From the NCBI GenBank assembly GCA_043228905.1, contig JBHGNT010000004.1, forward strand, positions 13,392,001 to 13,456,000: a DNA stretch of 64,000 nucleotides, given 5' to 3'. Positions 47,401-58,806 of this stretch are shown here, piece after piece (the stretch's first letter is position 1; each line of letters opens with the position of its first letter). The notes below the pieces were generated by a model, which made no database searches, had not been told where the DNA came from, and worked only from the letters and a program-made list of their open reading frames with translations. Both the position numbers and the translations under genes were made by a program. The DNA comes from Azolla caroliniana (taxonomy: Eukaryota > Plantae > Polypodiophyta).

Positions 47401-50400
47401 CGGCCACTCCAACCGCCCCGACTTTTGCTCGGCTACTCTTCAGCCGTTGTCCGGCCATTCTGGCCGCTCTACGGTCGCTTCGACTACTGTCGGTTGGTGA
47501 TAACCGTTCTTGACGCCTTTCTCATCGTCGTCGGCCCTGTCCGACCGGCCTCCAATCACGTGGCCACTCTGTTTAGTCATCAGTTGTCCGATACTTGTCC
47601 ATTCAGCCCATCGGGCCTTCTTTCCCGTATGACCATCACTTTCTTTCAGGCCCTTCAATAGTCTCTATTTGGCTGTTCGTTTATTTCTCCGTCCTTTCTA
47701 TGCTCGTTTCCTGCACATGCACATTGCTAGCTGTCATACACTCGTACATCTGTATCACTACGTCTCATTCTATGACTTTGTCTAGCACATTGTGATCACC
47801 ATTGGCTGCACATCGTCGATTTGATTTCTTGATTTCTCGTACATTCTTCCACTGTGTCCATTCATTGACTTCTTCTCAGACATCGTCATCACATATCATG
47901 CTTCAACTTCGTCGAGCACTTTGTCACCATCATTTGTCATTAACCCCACACTCGCACAACATCATCATTTTGCACACTCGCATATCTACGTCGTTGTCGT
48001 TACTCGCACATTTTCACCATTTCTTGCATCTCGTGCTGCCACGTATTCTTCTTGGACTTCTTCTTCAAAGGGGGTTCGCCGTTGTGGTCGCCAAAAGGTG
48101 TTGTACCCCTAAGGGCCGGACAATAGCCTAACATAGGGTGTCTACAGAAGACACTTCACCAAAGGGTGTTACGGTGAGATAGAGTTAGACCGACGATTAA
48201 TTAGACCTTAATCAATTACTTAAGCAACATATCATGAACCTTAATACACACGTAAGATAGAAAGTAATTAGCACAAAATGGTAACCAATACACAGAGATA
48301 AGACAATAGAGCTTTATTAATTATCCGTCCCCATTTACAATGTAACTGGGCCTTTTTATAGATCACCGGCTCTGCATACAAAACGGTGCCAACCGGCACA
48401 CTAATATGAACCGGTCCGGATTCGGATCGGCATACCAATTCCGGTCCATCCGTTCACTTCTCAAAATCTACTTAATTACTTAATATCCTAATAACTGCTT
48501 CCGATTATTCCTGCCCTTTCACATTCTGGGCTGTCCTCCACTCCTTGCCGGCTGGCTAACAACCTCTCACCAGATGAAGAGACATATATGTAAATATGTT
48601 TCTGTTAACCCATTGTGGCTATATTTGTAAATAGCCCGAAAGTCATATTAGTATAAATATGACCTAGGGCAAACAGAGCTAGTGTGTATCATTATTGTTG
48701 TTGGTTGCTATCATTAGATTAATAGTTGTTGGTGCAACTATTGTACAGAGCGTAATAGAGAGAGAGAGAGGGAGTGAGAGAGAGAGATATAGAGCGTGTC
48801 TTTGTTGTAATTGCCGTCAGGCAAAGATCGTGAGCACGAGGTCGTTGCCTCTGTGTTCCTCTGTTGTATTCCTCTTACATAGTGATAGTTTGGAGTCCGT
48901 GGGCTCCCGTGGTTTTTCCCTCTTAGGGTTTTCCATGTTATCATACTGTGTACCCTCTCTCTCATATTATCGGTGTGTACGTGTATTCACCTCTATTCCC
49001 ATTTTCGGTGTTTGATTCGAAACGACACGATCTGAGACTCGGTTGTGGCCGAGTAATATTCCGCATATTTCACGTCATTACGACGAGCTGTTGGTAGTGA
49101 GTCGGCTCACACTCTTCTGTGCCAGAATCGACATCTAGATTTAGATTTCGATCGAGAGGGGTAGCGACGAGCTTACAATCTCTCATCCCAAATTTGAAGA
49201 GTAGATTGAGGATATAGTGCCGTTGGGAGATCATGATGCTGTCAGGAGTCCATATTACTTCTATGCCTAGAAAGTAGTGGAGCTCCTTCATGTCTTTCAT
49301 TTCGAAATGGCCGAAGAGAAGATTTTTGATATAATCGATGTCTACTAAGTGCTCCCCTCTAATGACCAAGTCATCCACATATATTATGATAAATACCTGT
49401 CCTCTGGAGTCATTTTGGATGAATAGGGAATTGTTTGATTTGAACATTTTGAAGCCGATTTGGTGAAGATATTGGGTTATCTTTGAATGGCATGCTCTAG
49501 GTGCTTGCTTGAGATCATAGAGAGGCTTTTTGAGTTGGCATACTACTTCGGGTGTGTGCTCGACTTGAAGCCAGGTCGTTGTACCATATACACTTCCTCA
49601 TCTAATTCACTTTGGAGAAAGGTATTCTTGACGTCCATTTGGTGGAGGTGCCACCCTATGGCTGCGGCAAGCGCAATCACGGTTCGAATAGTTGTTATCT
49701 TTGCCATCGGAGCAAAGGGATATGCATTTGCACATAGCCCTTTGCCACAAGCCAGACCTTATACTAATTGACGGTGTTGTCGACGCTATGCTTCACCTTG
49801 TATATCCACCGGCATCTGATTTTGCCTTCTGGTGGGGTGAAGAGGGGACGTGATCTCATGTCTCGTTCTTCAAGAGTGCTTGCATCTCCTCATTCATCGC
49901 TTCGACCCATCACGGGTTCTTTGCGGCTTCGGAAAAGTTTTCTAGTTCCCGAACTGTCACCATTTTCATCATAAAGACATAGTGATATGCCATGTAGTCG
50001 TTGTAGCCAAATCAGCTAACTACATCCTTTCCTCGGGTGGAGCGACATGGTTGTTCACTTGTCTTTGTGAATGCTTTCTTGGCTCCTAGAGTTTTCATGA
50101 TAGACACATCCAATCCATCGTATTCACAGTCGAGTGAGTGAGCCGATTTGGTTCCATATAAGTCTTTGAGCTCAAGCATTTTGGCCTTCCCTTTGTTCAG
50201 CTTCGGACTTGGCCGCGATGTGCTTTGGTCGCTTAGTGGCTCATGTGATCCACTCAATCTTGTTGAGATTGGACTCTCCTCAGGTGTGAGATTTAGTCAG
50301 TCATCCAGTTCCTAATCTATGTAGGGATTAGTTTTGATTTGTTCGGATGAAGCTAAGTTGACTGTGTACCAGGATGCCGATTCGTCGAATACAACATCCC

Positions 50401-52835
50401 TACTCACTCGTACTTTCCTGGTAGAGGAGTTGAAGCACTTATACACCTTTTGTTCGAGCGAGTACCCCACAAGGATACACTTCTCTAATTTTGGATCAAG
50501 CTTTTGCCGCTTTTCATCGAGAATGTGTATGAATGTGATAGAGTTGAATATCCTTACAGGGGATAGGTCCGGCTTCTTTCCATACAACTTCTCGTGGAGG
50601 GGTTACATTGTGCACTCCAGATGTTGTGCACCAATTCATTAGATAGACTACCGTGTTAGCTGTTTCACCTCAGTATGATTTCGGAATTTTTTTCTCATTC
50701 ATCATTACCCTTGACACCTCGAGTATATGCCGATTTTTCCATTTGGCTACTCCATTTTGTTGAGGTATGTGTCGGCAAGTGAATTCCCACCGGATTCCTT
50801 CTTGTCGAAGGTATGTTGTGAAGGTGTTGGAGAAGCACTCTTTGCCTCTGTCCGATCGAAGGCACAATATATATCGACCAGTTGCCTTTTCGACTTCATT
50901 TTTATACTTCTAGAAGTGTGAGAACACTTCACTATTTTGTCGCATAGGATAGATCCAAGTGTGCCTGGAGAAGTCGTCGATGAACGTCACATAATATCGG
51001 CATCCGCCGAATGTTGTCGTTTGAACTGGTCCCCATACATCTAAATGTATTACATCTAGGATCCCTTTGCTCACGTTCCTTTCTTTTGGGAACAATTGTT
51101 GATGTTGTTTGCCGAATGGCATGCTTCACACACTCCGACAATCTCCTTCTCTATAAAGGTCGGGAGTCTGATGACGACTCCTTTCAACTACATTCCTTTG
51201 AGTTTCTGGAGATTGAAGTGGTCGATCCTTTTGTGCCACAACTCTATGTCGGCATCAACATTATGGCCCTTGGCAAACATTGCTTATTTCATTTCGTGAG
51301 AATCGAGGACGAACATTAGATCTTCTCTTCATCCATGATCATTAATTCGGCCTTCCTTTTCAATGAAGGATCCTTCGTCGTTGAACCAAACTTGCATGCC
51401 TTGTTCCACAACTTGGCCGACCAAGACCAGATTCTTCGCTATTGTTGGAACATGAAAGATGTTCTTGATGTAGGTTTGGTTGCCCTCTTCACCGAATGGG
51501 ACATTACCGACATGCTGAATGGGTTGAATTGTGTCATCCCCAGTTTCCACATAGTTGGGTCATTCTGGCTTACGCAACTCTTGGAACCAATCTTCATGAG
51601 ACTTCATGTGATTGGATGCACCCGAGTCGACAAACCATACATTTTCTGAGTTGGAGGTGTTGGTTGAGCTAGAGGTTGTCATTGAGTTCTCTTTGTGCCT
51701 CATTATAAACATTCCGCCACGATCATTGTAGTTAGAGTTTGTGGCGTAATTGGTGAGTTGTCGGCTTGTGAAGGCCGGCTCACTTTTCTTCTTTCGACAC
51801 TCTGCCTCGTAGTGGCCGAATTTGCCATAGTATCTGCACTGGATGGAGTTGTTTTGTTGGCTTGGTCCGTCATGATTGGTTCCCCATCTGCCAAATGCTC
51901 CTCCTCATGAGTTTGTGACGTCTTGCCAATAGAAGAAGTTGTGTTCATGGGATTGACTTTGGTAGTTTTGGCCTTGGCCTAATTGGCCCCTTCTTCCATG
52001 CCCTTGCCCTCTTCCTCTGTTCGAACTTGTATAGAGCATTTGTCCGTCTGATTTGTTGTCTCTTGTTTGGACGTGATTTTCTTCGACCAATAACATCAAC
52101 TAGAGATCGAAGAAGGAGGGAGGGTTCTCCCTTGTGAGGACGGTTGACCTTAGTACGGCGAACCGTAGTGCTAAGCCGCCAAGGCATATCTGCACCATTT
52201 CATCGTCGTCAATGTTCACATTGATCGACCCAAGGGAGTCACACAACTCCTTGAACTTCAAGGTGTAGCTTCCAATTGACATATCCCTCTGTTGAATGTT
52301 GTTCAACTCTTGTCGAAGTTGAAGTTTGCTTGTAGTTGTGTTGGCTGCAAAAATCTTTTTGAGGTTCCCCCACGCCTATTTTGGCATTTTGGCATCTCGG
52401 ATGTAGCCAAGCATGTGATCATGAACGCATGATGCAAGGCAATATAGCACACGGCTCGCCGCTTGCTCCCAAGCTAAGTGGTCGGAATGTGCCGGGTTGG
52501 GAAAATTTTCTTGCTCCTTCGATTGAACTCTAATAGCCTTGGCCGACAAGGTATTGGTGCATCTTGTATTCCCAAGATGCAAAGTTGTTTCTATCGAGTT
52601 TCTTGGTAGGAAGAGTGCTTCCCATCTGAGTATTTAAGACAATAAATTGTTTGGAATGAGTTTTCTTCTTCTTCTCAGTGATATGAACTGTGCAAGTTGC
52701 TGCTACAACGATCGGTCGGTTCTTCATGAACGTTGGCTTAGGCACAACACACATGGATGGGCTTGGATCAAGCTACCAAGCACTCTGATACCATGTAAAG
52801 AATCGAGTGTGATTCTATGTAGTGGAAAGGATGTA

Positions 52836-52888
<53 letters not shown>

Positions 52889-53574
52889 TACAAGAATACA
52901 AAAAATAGTAAAACTGTATTAACAAGAGTAGCAAATGCACCAAGAACTACAACGGAGGAGGAGAATGTGCTTATGCAGTCACCTTCTGTCGACATTCCCT
53001 TACTACCACAACCTCTTGGGAAAGAGGTGGAGACTTAACTCCCTACTAAATATATGTCCTAGGACTTAACTCCTATAACACATCTAGTTATTGTACAAGG
53101 AGGTGGGATGTTCACACGCTTGGGTTTTCCTACACTGGGGGAGTTGAGTTTGATTCTCAACACCAACCATTGATACTCTTCACCCAAGTAAGACTTGATG
53201 TACATTCTTAGCATATCCTAGGTTTTTTATAGGATGTGTGCTTCCCAATGGTGTTTGTGTGTACTAACATACAAAGTTTCACATATGACATGGACCATGT
53301 TTACCAAAAAGCAATTAAGTATTGGTCTACTCTTATCCCAACTTTTTGTTTTGATTGGGTTGCATTCGATCTACATTGTGAGCATATGCACCCATTCCAT
53401 AACCAAATAATAGCTTATTTTGAAGTTAGTTTAAAAAGGCACAAAAGTGACTTTTATTGCTCCTTAAACACAAATTGTCGCCTTTGACAATCGAGTAGCC
53501 ATTAGACCTAAAGCTCTAGAGCCACCATTGTTGTGTTCCCGTTTCTTGGTCCCATGCTTGGTCCTTAGTACCAA

Positions 53575-53693
53575 TGTCAATATCTTCATAGGTCATGTAC
53601 AACAAGTATATAACACGCCCCCCTACCTAATGAGTGTCAATATCTTCGTAGGTCATGTACAAGTATATAACATGTCCCCCTACCTAATGAGTG
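53575..53693. repeat. ~60-bp tandem duplication
   Basis: TGTCAATATCTTC(A/G)TAGGTCATGTACAA..GTATATAACA..CCCCCTACCTAATGAG starts at 53575 and 53635. Confidence 0.85.
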
Positions 53694-55782
53694 CACACTC
53701 CTAGGTGCACCATATTGAGCTTTACTACACGAGGTGAACTTTAACTAGATTGGGATGAGAGGGGAAGTCCACGAGGTGGTCCAAAAATTAAACCAATCTT
53801 ATCAAGAAGTTAGAAAACAAATGTGGACTATAGAAAAGATAGCTATTTGAATGATACACTTTAGTTCTATAATCTCATACAAATAATCTTCAAGATATAC
53901 ACCTTTCATTTCATTACATGTGACTTTCATTCCACTGCATGTGTACACATACACCTTTCGTTCCACTAAATGTGTAGGAAGCATTATTTCACATAATATT
54001 TCAAGTAACTTTGAAGAGCAAGTCCCAAATATTGGTGAACAATACACTTCTTCAAAAATTAGAAATAAAGTGGTCACTATCTAGAACAAGTGTTCACAAG
54101 AGAGACACTAAGAAAACCCAAGAGGAAGACATACAAGTAAGCACAAGCACTGTCAACTACAATAATTGATTCAACCACGTGGTTCATAAAGGTTAATTTT
54201 TAGTTAGCGCTAAAGATATGATTTGCCCAAAGGAAGCACCAAATCCAGCTTTGGGCGATTCGTAGTGTACATATATATTCCATTATAGTGTGAATTATAT
54301 TAACCTTCTTCATAATCTCTAAAGCTCTCCCCTTCAGACCATAACTTCTATATCATCATTTTTTCCATAAACATTAACCTCAACAAACATCCATAATTTA
54401 TGTACTGCTGGGATTTTAATTCCAACAATTGCGTCTCATCACTTGGTTTTGTTGCAAAAAACTGTGTTCCAGACGAGGTGAAGTCACCATTTTAATATCA
54501 CTTAAGGAGGGGGAAATGAGCATAGAAACAAGGATGAGGAAGCCATTAATTACACTTTAGGAAGCATTTGAAGAAACATGCAAGTCTAAGACTAAGTAAA
54601 GGCCCACACATACACCAAGAAAGAACATAATTAGAAGTTGAAGAACTGCTCTTTCGTTCTTTTCCATTGTTTCGTTCTTTCTTTCATTAGGCTACTTCGA
54701 GCCCAACTAAATATAGCCATCTTGGCAGAGAGATTTTCATGCAACTGGCCGTTTATTTTTGAGATACAAGAATCACCAACTAAAAGGGTAAGTCAACTTC
54801 TCAATCTTGAACTCACAAAGGAATGTAATCAGTCTACATAATAATAATGCAAGACGTGGCATCTCATAAGCTAAATCCCCAGTTTAGATGCACTCATAAT
54901 TGAAGAAACTCCAAGATCCCCATCGACAAAGTCCAAACTACTTTGGGAAACCACAAATGAATATTCCATATGTCATGCTTCAAGTAACACTGATAAGACA
55001 AGATTGCTGCAACAATAATTTATTTCCTCATGCGGCTAAACAAATTAAATAGCATACCCAACATGAAACAACTGACAATCTTCAGCCCTTCAATATCACC
55101 TTTTCCATGACACTTTCTTGAGACAAGGGTGAGCCCGTAGAGTAGTGTGTTTGGTGGTTTGTTTTGTGAGCAAAGCAAAGCAAAGGAGGCTCCTCCTAAG
55201 AATATTGGGCAGGGGGGTGGCCGACCACCTTCAAAGTCTTTGCGGAGGGGGGTGGGGTGGGGGATGAGGTTTGTTTCTTCAACTAAAGAGAACCTCACGT
55301 CCTGATCCACCTCTGCTCACCACACGCACAATAACCTCTTTTGTCTAGGTTGGACGATTTGGCGGAGCTTCTCAAGAAGCCCAGGTCTTGGGCAGGGGCA
55401 GGGGCAGGCAAAAAGGCTTCACGCCCGCTCGACATCGTCAGTCACCCAATACCCCACCCCACCCCACCCCACCACTACAAGCACTAAGTCTCTACAAGAT
55501 TCTAGAATTTCCTAAACCTTCCTAGAACATTTACTAAAGATGGACAATTACTAAGACGTTGAGTATGAACCTCAAAAATATTAGGCAATTAACATGTACG
55601 ATCAAGGAACCTTACCATTTAATTCAAACTCCTTTCGTTGGAGCCTTCGACATTGCTCCTTAGTATGATCCTTCTTTTAACAATAACGGTGTGTGGGTAT
55701 TGGTCAATTAGAGTTGCAATTTGAGAATTCATTTTGTGTCTTTCGTTTCCCACCAAATTGTGATGGATTAGGTGGTGAAGCA

Positions 55783-58700
55783 TGTTATGAAGGCGCTACG
55801 ACTCTTCTGTGTGCACAACAGATTGTGATGTGCTGGATCGTTTAGTGCTCAAGACAGAACGGAAGGGGAAGGAGACTTACCTTTGTACAGTCCAAAAGCT
55901 TCTACTTCATTACACGCAAAGCTCAACTCGCTCTCGTTTGTTTTCTGTTCTTTCTGTTCTTACAACTCTCTACTCTCACTCTTACATTTCTACATACTAC
56001 ACTTATTTTTCACCTAAGTACATAAGTGACTTATATATGTAGCTAATTAGCTGTTTGTAGCTAAATAGCTGTACATAGCTAAATAGCTGTTTCACCTTTA
56101 TGTCCACTAGTAGCTAATTAGCTTATTGTTACTATAACTTATTTCTCAATAAGCATCACATATCTTTGTTGAGCTTGCTTCTCAACACTCCCCCTCAAGC
56201 TCAACTTATTCTTTCTTGGGGTCATGTTCAATCTTCTTTTCTTCATGCTTTTCAACTACCATGCCGATGGTTATAACTCCCATCATGTCTCTAAACTGTG
56301 TATGTTTTTCCATGCTCAATCCCTTCGTAAGAATATCAGGCACTTGCTGATTTGTACTTACATAGAACAGATCCACTTCTCCATCGATCACTTTTTCTCT
56401 AACAAAGTGATAATGCACTTTAATGTGCTTTGTTCTTGCATGAAACACTGAGTTTTTTGCGAGCTGAATCCTGCTCATATTGTCACACCAAATTGTGATT
56501 GCACCATCTATATATTCTCCCAAATCAGCAAGCATTCTTCTGATCCATACCTCTTCACAGGTAGCTATTGCAGCTCCTCTATATTTAGCTTCAGTACTTG
56601 ATAGTGCAACAGTAGCTTGTTTCTTGCTACTCCATGAAATAGCTGCACTTCCCAATGTAAACATATATCCACTTGTGGATCTTCTGTCAGTTTGGCTTCC
56701 AACCCAATCAACATTTGTATATCCTTCCCGCTTTATGTCCAGATCAGCCCTATAAAACAATCCATAGTTCAGAGTAGCTTTTACATACCTCAAGATTCTT
56801 CTAATGCAGTCCAAGTGTGGCTTTGTTGGCTGTTGCATAAATTGGTTGACTAATCCGACAACATAACTCAAATCAGGTATTGTTATAGTCAAATATATGA
56901 GGTTGCCCACCATAGAACTATACATGTTTACATCTTCTATTTTGGCTCCCAAATCAGCCCTCAATTTGTAGTTCTTATCTAGTGGTACACCAATAAGTTT
57001 GCATCCAAGCATACCATACTTCTTCAATATAGTTGTTGCATACTATTTTTGCAACATATATATACCACTTTCAGATCTGATCATCTCAATGCCAAGAAAG
57101 TATCTCAACTCTCCCAAGTCTTTCATATGAAATTGCATTTCCAGATTTTTTTTCAGCTTCCTTATTTCATCCATAGAATCACCTCCGATGATTAAATCAT
57201 CAACATAAATCAAGATAACAACAATGAAATCATTTATCCTTTTTACATACAATGATGGATCAACCTTTGACATTTTGAAAGATTTTTTTTTCAGAGATTC
57301 TGAGAGTTCTTTATGCCATACCCTCGGTGCTTGTTTCAATCCATAGAGAGCCTTTTTCAGCCGACATACATATTCTAGATGCTTCTTATCTTCAAAACCT
57401 GGTGGTTGACACATATACACTTCTTCTTCTAAGTTACCATGTAAAAAAGCATTCTTTAGATCCATATGGTGCAGAACCCATCTTTTGGCTGCACTCACAG
57501 CAAGTAGTGTTCTCAATGTTGCCATCTTTGCAACCAGTGCAAATGTTTCATCATAATCAATTTCATGCATCTGGGCATATCCCTTTGCCACAAGTCTTGC
57601 TTTATGTTTACTAACATTTCCATTTGAATCATGCTTTGGCTTGTAGACCCATTTCCAACCTACAACATTTTTTTCTTTCGGTAACTTTACCAAATCCCAT
57701 GCTCTGTTTTCAGCCAATGCATCTATTTCTTCTTGCATTGCATTCACCCATTTTTTCACAGCTTTTGCTTCATCAAAGCTGTTTGGATAAGGGACTTGTA
57801 CCACTTTAGACATGTATGCATAATGCATAGCCATATATGTGTCATAACCAAATCTTTCAACAATCTTTTTCTCTCTATCTGATCTTCTCAGTTTTTGATT
57901 TGCATTTTTCATTGCTTTTTCTATACCAGGGATTTTCAAGACTCCTATACCAAGCTCATCATCCAATGATTTATCTGAATCTACATCTTCCATGTTTCTA
58001 GATCCATCATCAAGCATTTCATATTCTGGCATCTTCTATTTTCCCTTTTTATCATCATATTTTTTGTGTCTTGCATTTTTTCCACTCCAAGCATTAGATT
58101 CAGATTTACTACATGAGCTTCCAGATGGTCCAGTACATTCCATTGATGTGGGACTTTGTTGTCCAACATTATTTCAATCTCTATGGTTATCTCTTACATT
58201 TTCAAATTTATCCCTGTCTTCATTTTCATTGTCTTCATAAGTTTCTACATTTTGTTTTGGGCTGTATCAGCTGCCCAACTCATTAAATATTACATCCCGA
58301 CTTACCACAATCTTTTTTGTCAAAGGGTTATAGCATCTATACCCTTTTTTCTCCTATGAATATCCAACAAGAACACAAATTTCAGCTTTTGGATCAAGCT
58401 TACTTCTTACTTCAACAGGTACATGAACATAGGCAAGGCATCCAAACACTTTTAAGTGTCTTAAACTAGGTTTTCTTCCATAGAAACATTCTTCAAGAGT
58501 TACTTCATGTACTCCAGATGTTATACATCTATTTAGGATATAGTTTCTACATGAACATAGGCAAGGCATCCAAACACTTTTAAGTGTCCTACACTTGGCT
58601 TTCTGCCATAGAAACATTCTTCAGGAGTTACATCATGTACTCCAAATGTTATACATCTATTTAGGATATAGTTTGTTGTGTTTATAGCTTCTGCCCAGTA

Positions 58701-58806
58701 ATACAATGGGATATTTTTGTTTCTGTCATTAAAGCTCTTCCTATGTTCACCACAGTTTTGTTTTTTCTCTCAACAACTCCATTTTGTTGTGGAGTATATC
58801 TCCTAA
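55783..58806 (-). mobile_element. Ty1/copia element (Copia-4): 3' LTR, RH, RT and part of IN; 5' half missing
   Basis: LTR ~55783-56187 with PPT CTTGAGGGGGAG (minus). ORFs 57027-56206 (RH) and 58032-57043 (RT, IYVDDLII). YTPQQNGVVER at ~58790. A 128-bp tandem duplication at 58421-58673. Confidence 0.9.

Larger units (their letters stand above)
31852..48561 (+). mobile_element. Non-autonomous Tat-like Ty3/gypsy derivative (D; ~5.3 kb without its insert)
   Basis: LTRs at 31852-32312 and ~48099-48561. TSD ACCTC at 31847-31851 and 48562-48566. PBS TGGCACGCCCGTGGGAC (tRNA-Arg type, as in Tat/Retand) at 32315. GTGGTCGCCAAAAGG before the 3' LTR. No gag or pol motifs seen. Confidence 0.85.
31749..49077 (+). 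mobile_element. Solo LTR of the Copia-2 family (31749-31851 + 48567-49077), split by element D
   Basis: TGTTAGGA...CGTCA termini. Shares GACCCGGTGAGAACCGGAT repeats and the CCGAAAGTCATATTAGTATAAATATGAC block with 24645-25370. TSD TTACG at 31744-31748 and 49078-49082. Confidence 0.88.
31450..53162 (-). mobile_element. Ty1/copia element (Copia-3), 3'-truncated; outermost host of a 5-level nest
   Basis: 5' LTR 52794-53162 (TGTTGAG...TTTACA on minus) with PBS TGGTATCAGAG next to it. Gag LPTKKLDRNNFASW, IN and RT (IYVDDLVI) at 49083-52620. The RT end and RNase H start continue at 31450-31748. Confidence 0.9.

Noticed and set aside
55190-55560. G/C-run-rich stretch with TCTAGAA motifs as a distinct element or G-quadruplex switch
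   Set aside because: It is probably an old LTR remnant, but no termini, TSD or second copy could be established.
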